Assembly (NCBI GenBank): GCA_964453225.1
Contig: CAYVNS010000006.1
Span: 9,036 to 73,035, forward strand
Source: an uncultured Rhodospirillaceae bacterium
Lineage (GTDB): Bacteria > Pseudomonadota > Alphaproteobacteria > UBA9219
Length of the DNA: 64,000 nt
Direction of reading: 5' to 3'
The notes below the pieces were generated by a model, which was given only the letters and a program-made list of their open reading frames with translations, made no database searches and was not told where the DNA came from. Both the position numbers and the translations under genes were made by a program. Positions 8,736 through 18,900 of this stretch are shown here, one piece after another (position 1 is the stretch's first letter; every line of letters begins with the position of its first letter).

Positions 8736-10559
8736 TTACGCCCCTGCCTTCGTTTTCTTGTTGCTGTCGGCAAGCTGATAAATTTCATAAGGCAGACGAG
8801 CGAAGTCTATGCCGAAGCGGTCGAGATAATCTGGATCGAGGTATTTTGTCGGTGCGAATATCAAACGCCGCTTGTCGCCGACTTTCCACCTGGGCAATGC
8901 CTCGGCCTGATCGAGTGTCAACGCCGTGTTTTTCAGATATTCAACGTCAGGCTGATAGAACAGATAGACGTGATAGTTCCGACTTTCGCCGATATAATTT
9001 TTCTTGGCGTCCAGTTCCTTTTCATTCCATTCTTCGCCTGTGGCCATAAAGAAAACATAACGTGATAGTTCTTTATATGTGGGCAGATTTTTGCCGTTCA
9101 GAATGGTTTGGATTTCAACCGGCTTGCCAAGTTCAAAATAGCTGAACGTGCCGCCCAAGCCTGTTTTCAAGTCTTCGTCTTTCGCTTTCGGTACACCCTT
9201 AATTACGCGCCTCACCCGTTCCGCCGTAATCGTGTCGGCATAATCAAGCGTTTCGATCAAAATAAATTTGCGATTGCCGACGTCTTTTTTGTTCAACGCA
9301 AGAACGGCATGGGCAGTTGTGCCAGAACCGGCGAAGGAGTCGAGGATAATATCGCTTTGTCTTGAAAAAGCTCGTATCAGCTTAGCCGCAACGTCAACGG
9401 GTTTAGATGTATCAAAATCTATCCCAAGAGAGCTTAATAATGCATCATCACTTGCGCCATAATAAAGCAAAGACGGAATGTTTTCACTCATATTTTCTTT
9501 TAATAAGTATTTTCTTTGGGGCTGAGTTTGTTCATCCGATCCAAAAACTATTAATCCCCTTTTTTGAAGATCTGCCATAGTTTCGGGAGGGTTGCGCCAC
9601 CCCTTCGCGGGCACTGGACAAAGTTTTTTATTTGTTGGATGTTTCAAGGGTTTAAAATAATTATCAGGAGCTTTCTTTTTGTTAGGCCATGCCATAGAAA
9701 CAAGACGATATACCTCACCTTTCTCATCTATGTATTTATACATGGCTTCTCCGCCAGATAGGTTGTCCTGTTTAGATAGCCACTTTTGATAATCAATATT
9801 TACTGTATCAAGCGTGCATTTTCGAAAATAATTCGAATCTTCTTTGAGTTCCAGCACGGCTAGTGCGTCCTTAATTGAAATGGGAATACATTTTTTTCCA
9901 ATTTTTCCGAATAAAGCTTTTGCTTTTGTGATCATTCTTTCAGCATTTTGCTTTGGCGCGACTAATCCATTATGCTTCTTGAAAGTTTGTTTTGATTTTG
10001 CAAAGCAAATAATAGCTTCATGCTGATATGAAATTCCATCACTATCTCCTTTGGGGTTACGTTTATCCCATATAATTTCCCCCAAAAAATTACATTCGTT
10101 AAATATCTCACCTAAGATACTCCTTAAATTGTTGCATTCGTTTTCATCTATATGGATTACTATTGCTCCATCCTCTGCCAGTAAATCCTTCAGCAACCTT
10201 AACCTCGGCCACATCATGCAAAGCCACTTATCGTGCCGCGTGAGGTCTTCCTTATCGACTACTTTGCCAAACCATTCCTTAAACATCGGATCATTGACGT
10301 TATCGTTATAAACCCAACCCTCGTTTCCGGTGTTGTAGGGCGGATCGATATAGATGCACTTGATCTTGCCGTGATGCGTCGGCAGCAAAGCTTTCAACGC
10401 GGCCAGATTGTCGCCGTGGATAATAACATTATCGTGCAGGCTAACTTTGCCGTCTTTGGCCACGACGCTTTTGGCTTTTATCGGCTTCAGCTCATGAAAA
10501 GGCACAACCAAGTGATGGTTTTGAACAAGCTGTTTACCTTTGAACTGCAATGAGGGCAT
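8736..10559 (-). CDS. mod: Type III restriction-modification system DNA methyltransferase (Mod; beta-class N6-adenine/N4-cytosine MTase)
   Basis: The catalytic motif IV IYIDPPYNTG precedes the AdoMet motif I ILDSFAGSGTTAHAV. That is the circularly permuted order typical of Mod subunits. It is 607 aa, and this stretch of the gene is AT-rich. Confidence 0.85.
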   Translation of the reverse strand: MPSLQFKGKQLVQNHHLVVPFHELKPIKAKSVVAKDGKVSLHDNVIIHGDNLAALKALLPTHHGKIKCIYIDPPYNTGNEGWVYNDNVNDPMFKEWFGKVVDKEDLTRHDKWLCMMWPRLRLLKDLLAEDGAIVIHIDENECNNLRSILGEIFNECNFLGEIIWDKRNPKGDSDGISYQHEAIICFAKSKQTFKKHNGLVAPKQNAERMITKAKALFGKIGKKCIPISIKDALAVLELKEDSNYFRKCTLDTVNIDYQKWLSKQDNLSGGEAMYKYIDEKGEVYRLVSMAWPNKKKAPDNYFKPLKHPTNKKLCPVPAKGWRNPPETMADLQKRGLIVFGSDEQTQPQRKYLLKENMSENIPSLLYYGASDDALLSSLGIDFDTSKPVDVAAKLIRAFSRQSDIILDSFAGSGTTAHAVLALNKKDVGNRKFILIETLDYADTITAERVRRVIKGVPKAKDEDLKTGLGGTFSYFELGKPVEIQTILNGKNLPTYKELSRYVFFMATGEEWNEKELDAKKNYIGESRNYHVYLFYQPDVEYLKNTALTLDQAEALPRWKVGDKRRLIFAPTKYLDPDYLDRFGIDFARLPYEIYQLADSNKKTKAGA

Positions 10560-10794
10560 GACCTAAAGGGGGTATGAAGGGAGAATCAATAGTGAACAAA
10601 TTGTTCATAAGCACCTTGCCCCTTACTAACCCCTTTTTCAACAAGCTAGTAGTAACAAAAAGGTCTCTATAGGGTTCAGCAAGGCACAATCCGTCTGTAT
10701 CGGACTTATCCACAAGCAAAATGGGAGCTTTGGCCTATAACCAATTCATATTGTTCAAGCCTCTAAACCATGACCCGTCTGGATGAAAAGAATA

Positions 10795-10826
10795 TTGGAG
10801 CGGGTGAAGGGAATCGAACCCCCGCT
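10795..10826 (-). repeat. Duplicated 3' portion (~26 nt) of the adjacent tRNA-Gly (att-like scar)
   Basis: tggagcgggtgaagggaatcgaaccc is identical to the 3' end of the tRNA at 10876-10901 and diverges afterwards. Confidence 0.6.
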
Positions 10827-10875
10827 CGCGAAGGCGAGCAAATAATAGGGGCAGGAAAGACCTTTAGAAATAAAC

Positions 10876-10949
10876 TGGAGCGGGTGAAGGGAATCGAACC
10901 CTCGTCGTAAGCTTGGGAAGCTTCTGCTCTACCATTGAGCTACACCCGC
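10876..10949 (-). tRNA. tRNA-Gly (anticodon CCC), CCA encoded
   Basis: The reverse complement reads GCGGGTGTAGCTCAATGGTAGAGCAGAAGCTTCCCAAGCTTACGACGAGGGTTCGATTCCCTTCACCCGCTCCA. It has a 7-bp acceptor stem, a D-loop AGCTCAATGGTAGAGC, an anticodon loop TTCCCAA and a T-loop GGTTCGATTCC. Confidence 0.85.
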
Positions 10950-11176
10950 AGAATAAAACCAACAAGGGCTTCTGCCCGCCCCTTTCGTGTTGCTCGCCTC
11001 CGCTCGCGGGCATTGAGCTACACCCGCACTCGCGGGCACTGAGCAAAACCCGCAACGCCGCGGAATTTACGCATTAAAAGCCCTTCTGTCAAAGGGCTAA
11101 AAGCATTTTAACCTCTTGTTTATTCCCCTCCCCTATTTTGTTATAGTCTTAAAACCATTCATTAAAGCCGCTCAAC

Positions 11177-11833
11177 ATGATCCGTATTGCTCCTTCCATT
11201 CTTTCGGCCGATTTTTCCAAGCTTGGCGACGAGGTTCGCGCCATCGATGTCGCCGGAGCGGATTACATTCATATCGACGTTATGGACGGGCATTTTGTTC
11301 CCAATCTGACCATCGGCCCCGCCGTCGTCAAAGCCTTGCGTCCTTGCAGCAAAAAGATTTTCGACGTTCATCTGATGATCTCGCCGGTCGACCTTTTCAT
11401 CCGCGATTTTGCCGAAGCGGGTGCGGATATTATTACGGTGCATCCGGAAGCCGGCCCGCATCTGCATCGCACGGTGCAGCTGATCAAGGCGCAGGGTAAA
11501 AAGGCGGGCGTCGCCCTGAACCCCGCGACGCCGGTTGCGGCCATCGAAAACGTGCTTGGCGATGTCGATCTCGTTCTTGTCATGACCGTAAATCCGGGTT
11601 TCGGCGGACAAGCCTTTATCGCCTCGCAGCTCGATAAAATCCGGGATTTAAGAAAACGCATCACAGCCTTGGGCAAGCCTATTGATTTGCAAGTTGACGG
11701 CGGCATAACCCCGGATACGGCCAAACAGGCCGTCGATGCGGGCGCGGATGTTTTGGTTGCCGGCACGGCGGGTTTCAAGGGCGGGCCTACCCACTATGCC
11801 CGGAATATTGAGGCTTTGCGCATTCATTCTTGA
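11177..11833 (+). CDS. rpe: Ribulose-phosphate 3-epimerase
   Basis: [48 protein letters not shown] and VDGGI are classic Rpe motifs. Confidence 0.9.
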   Translation: MIRIAPSILSADFSKLGDEVRAIDVAGADYIHIDVMDGHFVPNLTIGPAVVKALRPCSKKIFDVHLMISPVDLFIRDFAEAGADIITVHPEAGPHLHRTVQLIKAQGKKAGVALNPATPVAAIENVLGDVDLVLVMTVNPGFGGQAFIASQLDKIRDLRKRITALGKPIDLQVDGGITPDTAKQAVDAGADVLVAGTAGFKGGPTHYARNIEALRIHS

Positions 11834-11848
11834 GTTCAGAGAGACGAA

Positions 11849-13447
11849 ATGACTCAAGCAGCCAAGCTCCTGCGAAAAGTTAAAAGCGGCGTCAAGACCG
11901 TCGCTTACGGGAATCCTATCTATCAAAAAATCCTTGCTGCCGGTGAAGCGCAGACGCGCTTGCCCTTCACGCCTGCCGATCCCTGGCCGGGCAATGCCAA
12001 GGCGGGCGAGGCTTTGCTGTCGCGGCAAATTTCTATTTTCGAACCGGACTCGTTAAAGGCCTGCAATGCCGCAACGCTTTTGCGTAACTTGCGCGCATTC
12101 GGCACCGATGCCGCGCGTTTCGCTTGCGCCGACATGATCGACGGATGGCTGATGGAATATGACGGCTGGAACGACGCCGAATGGAGCGCGGAAAATCTGG
12201 GCGCGCGCCTTGCGGCATGGATAGGCTTTTATACTTTTTATGCGCCGGCTCTTTCCGCCGACTTGAATCAGAAACTCATTTTAAGCCTGCACCGGCAATG
12301 GAAACATCTTGTCCGCACGATTTCGCCGTCTCTCAAGGGCGTAAGCGCCGTCGAAGCCGCGCGCGGCCTCATCTACGGCGGCTTGAATTTTCCCGAAGGC
12401 GACAATGCGCTTGGGCTTGCGTGCGATCTGTTGCAACGGCAAATCGCGGCGGAAATTCTGCCGGACGGCGGGCATGTTTCGCGCAATCCGTCGGTGCAGC
12501 TGCATTTGCTGCGGCATCTCGTCGATATCCGGAATGTTTTCACGGAAGCCGATATCCGCCTGCCTCAGGCGATCGGCTCGGGCTTGGCCGCTTTGATTCC
12601 GGGGCTGAAGTTCTTTCGCCACGGCGACGGAGGCCTTGCGTTGTTTCACGGCGCGGTCGAGGAAACGCCTCTCTTAATCGATGCGGTGTTGACTCAGGCC
12701 GTCGTGCGCGGGCGCGTGGTCAGGCGCATGCCCGATGCGGGCTATGAAAGATTGCTGGCGGGGCGAAGCCTGCTGATCGTCGATGCTTCCTCGCCGCCGC
12801 CGCGCGCCTATGGGAGCGAAGGCCATGCCGGGCTTTTAAGCTTCGAGTTCAGCATCGGGAAAGAACGCCTGATCGTTAATTGCGGCGCCGTTCCTGCCCA
12901 AAGTTTTGTGAGGGACACAGACCGATGGCGGGCCGCTTGCGCCACGACCGCCGCGCATTCGACGTTGACCGTTGCCGACACAAACGCCTGCGATATCCAT
13001 CCCGATGGCGGCGTAACCGGCCATGTGCAGACATCGACCATGCGTTTCGAAGAGGAAGGCGCGCATGGGATCGAGCTGGCGCACAACGGCTATTTTGCGC
13101 GCTTTGGGCTGACGCATAGCCGCGTTTTGAAACTTTCCAATGACGGAGATACTCTAAAGGGCCGCGATCTTTTACAGGGGCGCGGCGGCTGCGCCTTTGC
13201 CGTGCGCTGGCATTTGCATCCTTCGGTTCAGGTCTCCCTGTCGCAAGGAGGGAAAACAGCCTTGCTGCGCGCGCCTTCGGGAAGCGGCTGGAGACTGCGC
13301 ATCGAAAACGGCGCGCTTGCCCTTGAACCAAGCATTTATTGCGGCGAAGCCCTGCCCCGCCGAACGATGCAAATCAAGGTGACAGGCATAACGCGAAACG
13401 GCGACACCGTCGTTAACTGGAGCTTGGCGCGCGAGAGGAAGGCCTAG
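11849..13447 (+). CDS. Heparinase II/III-like family protein
   Basis: A 532-aa ORF immediately after rpe, an arrangement recurrent in alphaproteobacteria. The call rests on length, context and my memory of the family, so confidence is moderate. Confidence 0.55.
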   Translation: MTQAAKLLRKVKSGVKTVAYGNPIYQKILAAGEAQTRLPFTPADPWPGNAKAGEALLSRQISIFEPDSLKACNAATLLRNLRAFGTDAARFACADMIDGWLMEYDGWNDAEWSAENLGARLAAWIGFYTFYAPALSADLNQKLILSLHRQWKHLVRTISPSLKGVSAVEAARGLIYGGLNFPEGDNALGLACDLLQRQIAAEILPDGGHVSRNPSVQLHLLRHLVDIRNVFTEADIRLPQAIGSGLAALIPGLKFFRHGDGGLALFHGAVEETPLLIDAVLTQAVVRGRVVRRMPDAGYERLLAGRSLLIVDASSPPPRAYGSEGHAGLLSFEFSIGKERLIVNCGAVPAQSFVRDTDRWRAACATTAAHSTLTVADTNACDIHPDGGVTGHVQTSTMRFEEEGAHGIELAHNGYFARFGLTHSRVLKLSNDGDTLKGRDLLQGRGGCAFAVRWHLHPSVQVSLSQGGKTALLRAPSGSGWRLRIENGALALEPSIYCGEALPRRTMQIKVTGITRNGDTVVNWSLARERKA

Positions 13448-13522
13448 ACCGCGATCCATCCAGATGGAAGCATCTCTTGCTTCCATCGGAAATGCTCTAG
13501 AATATTATCCGTTCATATTCTT

Positions 13523-14334
13523 TTAGCGGGGCCCGGGGGTTGGGTCTGCACCATATTTGCGTACCTGTTTGGACGGCAAATGGCGCAACAGTTTATCCGC
13601 CCTATCTGCCTCTTTCCTTAAGTCGGTATCTTCGCAGTGGCCCAATCTTATGTAATTTGTTTCTTTCTTAGGATCGGATGGAAGCGCAGGATTCAATTTA
13701 TTGACTTCCGCCATTACTATATTCCGGCCCATTTCGGTTTCGTCCCAATTCTCTGCCGTAAGGGGGGCTATTCCGTTCGGCGGCATAATTGAAATCAGGG
13801 AAACGATTTTTCGATCCTCAGGCGCAAGCTGAATGGCATGCTCTTCTGCCCATCGGCTTTCCTCGCGCCTCAGAGTCATTAAAGCGCGCGTTGCGGCAAA
13901 GCTGATCAAGAAAAGTCTCTGCGAATCCCTGAAGGCCCGAAGGCCCATAATGCTCCTTAAATTTTGTCCCGTATTTTTAGAGGTGTTTTCCTTTGAAATG
14001 TTTTCTTTGGGAACGCCTCGCATAATCAAATAGCTTCCATCCAATCGGCTTCGGTTTCCCCGTCATGAGCGGAAGGCTTAAGGGCCTCGTATTTTTGTTT
14101 GTGGGAGTCGGGAAGATCGTTGATAACCGCGCCGCCGCATACAATGACATGATTGATTTGGCCGTTTTTGTATAACTCCAGAACTTTATCGCAAAAGGGC
14201 TTGCACACATTTCCCGCGCCAAGAACGACAGCCGTATCCACGCAGACATACTGCGGGAACCACGGAAACATGATTTTCGTGATTAATGCTTTTGTCAGTT
14301 CTTCAAAAGAATATCCGCCTAAGGAATAGGACAT
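13523..14334 (-). pseudogene. DUF218 / SanA-YdcF-ElyC family gene split by a frameshift (ORFs 14026-14334 and 13523-14044)
   Basis: The upstream ORF has DTAVVLGAGN...HVIVCGGAV...ETEADWMEAI, which are the DUF218 N-terminal motifs. The downstream ORF, in another frame, continues LIMRGVPKENI...NTGQNL...LISFAATRAL, which corresponds to the G-V-P...S-x-N-T-x-E-N and VTSxxHMxRA region of DUF218. The frame switch sits at about 14026-14044. Confidence 0.55.
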
Positions 14335-14478
14335 CCCGCCTCGATTATTTAATCAATAAAGCAATAATATCAGCCCATTATTACACAGACTGGTTAACAA
14401 AGACAATTCGTAAAACACGCAAAGGGATGGACATTGCGCCGTCTTAATCATAAAACTAATTTTCATAAAGGATTTCAG

Positions 14479-15291
14479 ATGAAAACCGTTATTGTCATTC
14501 CCGCGCGTTATGCTTCCACCCGGTTGCCGGGCAAACCCCTAGTTTCGATTGCGGGTAAAACACTTTTACAACGCGTTATCGCCATAGCTCAAGCAGCCTC
14601 AAAAAATGATGCGTCCGTGCGTTTCCTAGTCGCGACGGATGACACAAGGATCGGCGAGCATGCCGCCGCGCTTGGGGCCGAATGGGTCTTGACCCCTGAA
14701 AGCTGCAAAACGGGCACCGACCGCGTGCGCGCCGCCGTGGCGCAGCTTCAGGAAAAGCCTGTTTTCGTCTTAAACCTTCAAGGCGACGCGCCCTTTACGC
14801 CGCCGGATTTCCTGACCTCCATGATCGCCTCGTTCAAGGCTGCGCCTTGCGATGCCGTAACGCCTGTAACCCGCCTTTCATGGGAAGAACTGGACAAGCT
14901 GCGCGCGGACAAACAAAAAACGCCCTTCAGCGGCACGACGGCCGTTTTCAACGACACAACCGGAAAAGCTTTCTGGTTTTCCAAAAACGTCATTCCGGCC
15001 ATACGCAAGGAACAGGATCTGCGTTTGAAGGATTCTTTCTCGCCTGTTTGGCGGCACATCGGCCTTTATGGCTACAGCACCGATATGCTGGAAAGATTTG
15101 AGACGCTTCCCGAAGGGCAGTTTGAAAAACTGGAAGGCCTTGAACAACTGCGCCTTGTCGAGAACGGCTTTCATATAAGATGCGTTCCCGTCGATTACTG
15201 CGGACGGCCCAGCATGTCGGGCGTTGACAGCCCCGAAGATGTCGCGCGCGCCGAGGCGCTTATAGCCAAGCACGGAGATCCCTTGCCATGA
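14479..15291 (+). CDS. kdsB: 3-deoxy-manno-octulosonate cytidylyltransferase (CMP-KDO synthetase)
   Basis: MKTVIVIPARYASTRLPGKPL is the canonical KdsB N-terminus. The track ORF starts earlier at 14434, but the ATG at 14479 with an upstream AAAGGA is the likely start. Confidence 0.85.
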   Translation: MKTVIVIPARYASTRLPGKPLVSIAGKTLLQRVIAIAQAASKNDASVRFLVATDDTRIGEHAAALGAEWVLTPESCKTGTDRVRAAVAQLQEKPVFVLNLQGDAPFTPPDFLTSMIASFKAAPCDAVTPVTRLSWEELDKLRADKQKTPFSGTTAVFNDTTGKAFWFSKNVIPAIRKEQDLRLKDSFSPVWRHIGLYGYSTDMLERFETLPEGQFEKLEGLEQLRLVENGFHIRCVPVDYCGRPSMSGVDSPEDVARAEALIAKHGDPLP

Positions 15292-15905
15292 CAACGCTGA
15301 TTGTCGCAAGGCACGGCAACACCTTTGCGCCGGGCGATAGGGTGACGCGTGTCGGCGGACGAACCGATCTGCCCCTTGTTCCAAGCGGCATTGAACAAGG
15401 GCGCAAGATGGGCGCCTATTTGAAAGGACACGATCTATTGCCCGATGTCGTTTTCGCTTCGCAGCTTCAGCGAACCGCGCAAACGGCGCAGGCGGCGCTG
15501 GATGCGGCGCAAATCGACCGGAAGATCGAACGCCTTTCCCTGTTTAACGAGATCGATTACGGGCCGGACGAAAACAAGCCGGAAGCCGAGGTTATCGCGC
15601 GCCTGGGCGAACAAGCGCTGAAGGACTGGGATGAAAATGCGGTTGTCCCTAAAGGATGGAACTTTGACCCGAGGGCCGCCATAGGCGACTGGATGACCTT
15701 CGCTTCGGAGGTGGCGCAAAAATACAAAGACAAGACCGCGCTTGTCGTGACCAGCAACGGCATAGCCAGGTTTTCACCGTACCTGACGGGGGATTTTGAA
15801 GGCTTTCGCCAAAAACACAAAATCAAAATTTCAACGGGCGCCTTATGCGTTTTCAGGCATGACGGAAGCCAATGGAAAGTTGAAGGCTGGAATATCAGGC
15901 CTTAA
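15288..15905 (+). CDS. Histidine phosphatase (phosphoglycerate mutase-like) family protein
   Basis: LIVARHGNT is the RHG catalytic motif. There is a 4-bp ATGA overlap with kdsB. Confidence 0.7.
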   Translation: MTTLIVARHGNTFAPGDRVTRVGGRTDLPLVPSGIEQGRKMGAYLKGHDLLPDVVFASQLQRTAQTAQAALDAAQIDRKIERLSLFNEIDYGPDENKPEAEVIARLGEQALKDWDENAVVPKGWNFDPRAAIGDWMTFASEVAQKYKDKTALVVTSNGIARFSPYLTGDFEGFRQKHKIKISTGALCVFRHDGSQWKVEGWNIRP

Positions 15906-15961
15906 GGCTTGGGGATCGGCAAAGGATTTCAAGCTTGGGCGGGGCACCCCAGCCCCCAACC

Positions 15962-18900
15962 TCACGTCCTTATGATCCACCTGTTCAGCATCGCGGCAAT
16001 CTGTTCCTGCTTAAACGGCTTGTTCAAATAATCATCCATGCCCGCATCAAGGCATTTTTCCCGATCGCCTGTCATGGCGTCCGCCGTGAGCGCGACAATA
16101 ATCGTGTGATTTTTTCCGTTGGCCTCTTCCTCCCGGATGCGGCGCGTCGCCTCGAAGCCGTCCATGATCGGCATTTGGCAGTCCATGAAAACAATATCGT
16201 ATTTCGTTTCCCTAATCTTGGCGACGCCCTCCTCGCCGTTGTAGGCCGTATCGATGGATGTGACTTCCATTTTTTCGAGGATTTTCTGCATCAGCATCTG
16301 GTTGACCTTCATATCCTCGACAAGAAGAACGCGCGCGCCCTGGAACGACCCCTTTTGCTGGCGGGCCTCGGCATCGCCGTTTTGAAGCTGCGCGATCATG
16401 CTGCGCGTCAGAAGCCCCCTTTTGTCTTTCTTCTGATAGCCGTCCCACAATATTTTAAAGGCGTCTTGCAGCTGATCGGGGAAAAGAGGCCGTGTCAGCA
16501 AGGCGGCGCGATCCGTGCATTTCAGGATGCGCGTGGCCGTTTGCGGCCCGAAAACGGCGGCTATGACAAACATGACGTTGCGCACTTCGTTCGGTATTTC
16601 CTTCGCATCCATCAGTTCCAGAATTCTTTGGACGCCGATCTTGTCGTCGACGTAGACGAAGTGGAAAGCCGCGCCATCCTGGCTCGCATCTTTCAATTGC
16701 TGAAGAAAATTCTGGAAATCGTCGCAAAAGCTGCCGGCCATTCCCCATGCCTTAAGGTAATCGCCGATTATCTTGCGCTTAATATCGCCATCGCAGAAAA
16801 CAAGCACGCGAAGGCCGCGGATATCGATCGGCGGGACTTTAGATATATCGTTAAGGGGCCTTGGGAGATTGATGTCAAAATGGAAATTGGATCCTTTGCC
16901 GACTTCGCTATCGACCTTAATTTCGCTTTCCATCAGATTGATCAGCAGTTGGCTGATGGCAAGGCCGAGACCCGTGCCGCCAAAGCGTCGCGTCGTGGAT
17001 TCCTCGGCTTGCGAGAACTTGTTGAAAATGTGCGCCAGATGCTCGGAGGCAATGCCGATGCCCGTGTCTTTGACGCTAATGGAAAGCCTTGTGTCGCTTG
17101 CCCCGACATTCCGGCTTCCTATATCGAGGAAAACATGGCCTTTCGGCGTAAATTTAATGGCGTTGCCCACAAGATTAAGGACGACCTGCTTGATGCGCAG
17201 CACATCGCCGATCAAATAGCGCGGAGTCGCCGGATCAATTCGGACAATCAGCTCGATTCCTTTTTCATGCGCGCGCAGAACCAGCATGTCGGTGATTTCC
17301 GCCATCGCCGAATAAAAATTGAACGTCACAAACTCCAGCTTCATGCGGCCGGCTTCGATTTTGGAAAAATCGAGAATATCGTTGATGATCTCCAAAAGGC
17401 CCATGCCGGAGTTGTAGATGATTTCGGCCCAGCTTCGCTGTTCGGCGTCGAGCTTCGTATCCATCAAGAGCCGCGCCATGCCAAGCAGCCCGTTCATCGG
17501 CGTGCGTATTTCGTGGCTCATGTTCGCAAGGAAGTCGCTCTTCGCGGCATTGGCCTGTTCGGCCGCAAGCTGCGCTTTCATCGCTTTCGTTTGCGAAACT
17601 TCGATTTCGCCAATGAACAGCTGCAACTGCAATTCGCGCGCGCTGATTTCCTCGACCTGCTGTTCCAAAAGAGCTTTATTTTTTTCGACTTCAATCTGCT
17701 CCAGCGTTGCTTCCGCGCGGTTGTAGTTAATGCAGTTCCCCGGATGATCGTTGCCCTTTAATATCGCGGTGGCAAAGCGGCGGCAGCTGCCGTAGCCGCA
17801 GGAAAAACAATCGATGTGCCGGCTTTCTTCATCCAGTTTGTGAAGTTTCGTGAAAACCTCGTCGTATTGTTCTTCGCTGAAGCTTTCTTCTTCCGACCGT
17901 TTTCTTTTATCGACGTAGCTGCGAAGGAAATCATCCAGTTTCAGGGTTTTATCGAACTCCTTAAACAGGGAATAGACAACCTTGCCGTCTTCGGTTTTCT
18001 CTTTCTCCTGCAATTTCTGCACCTTCAAGGCGTTGATCTGCGAGTCGATGTCGTCGATGCAGGCGTCCTTGCATGTGCCGGTGCCAAGATTGCATCCATG
18101 CGGGCAATTTAATACATCGAGGAAGAGAGGCAGGCTTTTTCCCTCCCTTATGCGTTCGGAATATTCCGAAAGATAGGTATACGCGTGGTCGACGCCTTCG
18201 ATCTGGCGCACCCATGCATGGCCTTTAGTATGATATTCAAGATTTTCCCTTAGGCCTCCCGGGCGGCAAAAAACCATCCCGATTCCGCAGCCGACATCGT
18301 CGAAATCCTTTTCAAGCTGGTTATCGAGGCGAATATTATGGGCCGCCATATACGCGGCCAGCTTTTTGAACGTCACGTTGTAGGAAACGATATTGCCCGT
18401 GTCCCGGAGTTCCTGCGTTTTTCCGAGACACGGTGAGAGAAAGGCTATTTTGTCGTTCACGCCGACATAATTTCTCATGTAGATGGCCGAACAAAGCGCG
18501 GGGCTGTGAACCGGGGCGAGATTCTCTATGAGCTCGGTCTTGTGCTTTTCAATAAAGGAAACGATCGGCGGGCACGGCTGCGCGATGATCGAGGCCAGGC
18601 GCTTGTCATCGACCACTTTCAGATAAGCCCACGTCGTAATATCCGCGCCGAAGGAAACGTCGTAAACGAGGTTGACGCCGAGGCTTTTCAATAACCCGAA
18701 AAGTTTTTTGTAATTGGCGACGTTGTATCGAATGGACGGCGCCGCAATAACCGAAATTTTTTCGCCTTTGGCAAGATCGGAAAAAAAGGCTTCTGTGTCG
18801 TCGATGTAGTCGCGGGCGCCGTGCGTGCAAACCGCTATGCACTGTCCGCAATTAATGCAGCGGTCGGGATGAATGCGAACCTTGTTCTTTCCGTTTACAA

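Noticed and set aside
10864-11055. 63-aa ORF overlapping tRNA-Gly
   Set aside because: It covers the tRNA and its flanking fragments, and the tRNA assignment explains the sequence.
15935-17761. 608-aa plus-strand ORF antisense to the hybrid histidine kinase
   Set aside because: It lies entirely within the minus-strand kinase gene, which has clear HisKA/HATPase/REC motifs. The antisense translation is low-complexity, as expected for GC-rich DNA lacking stops.
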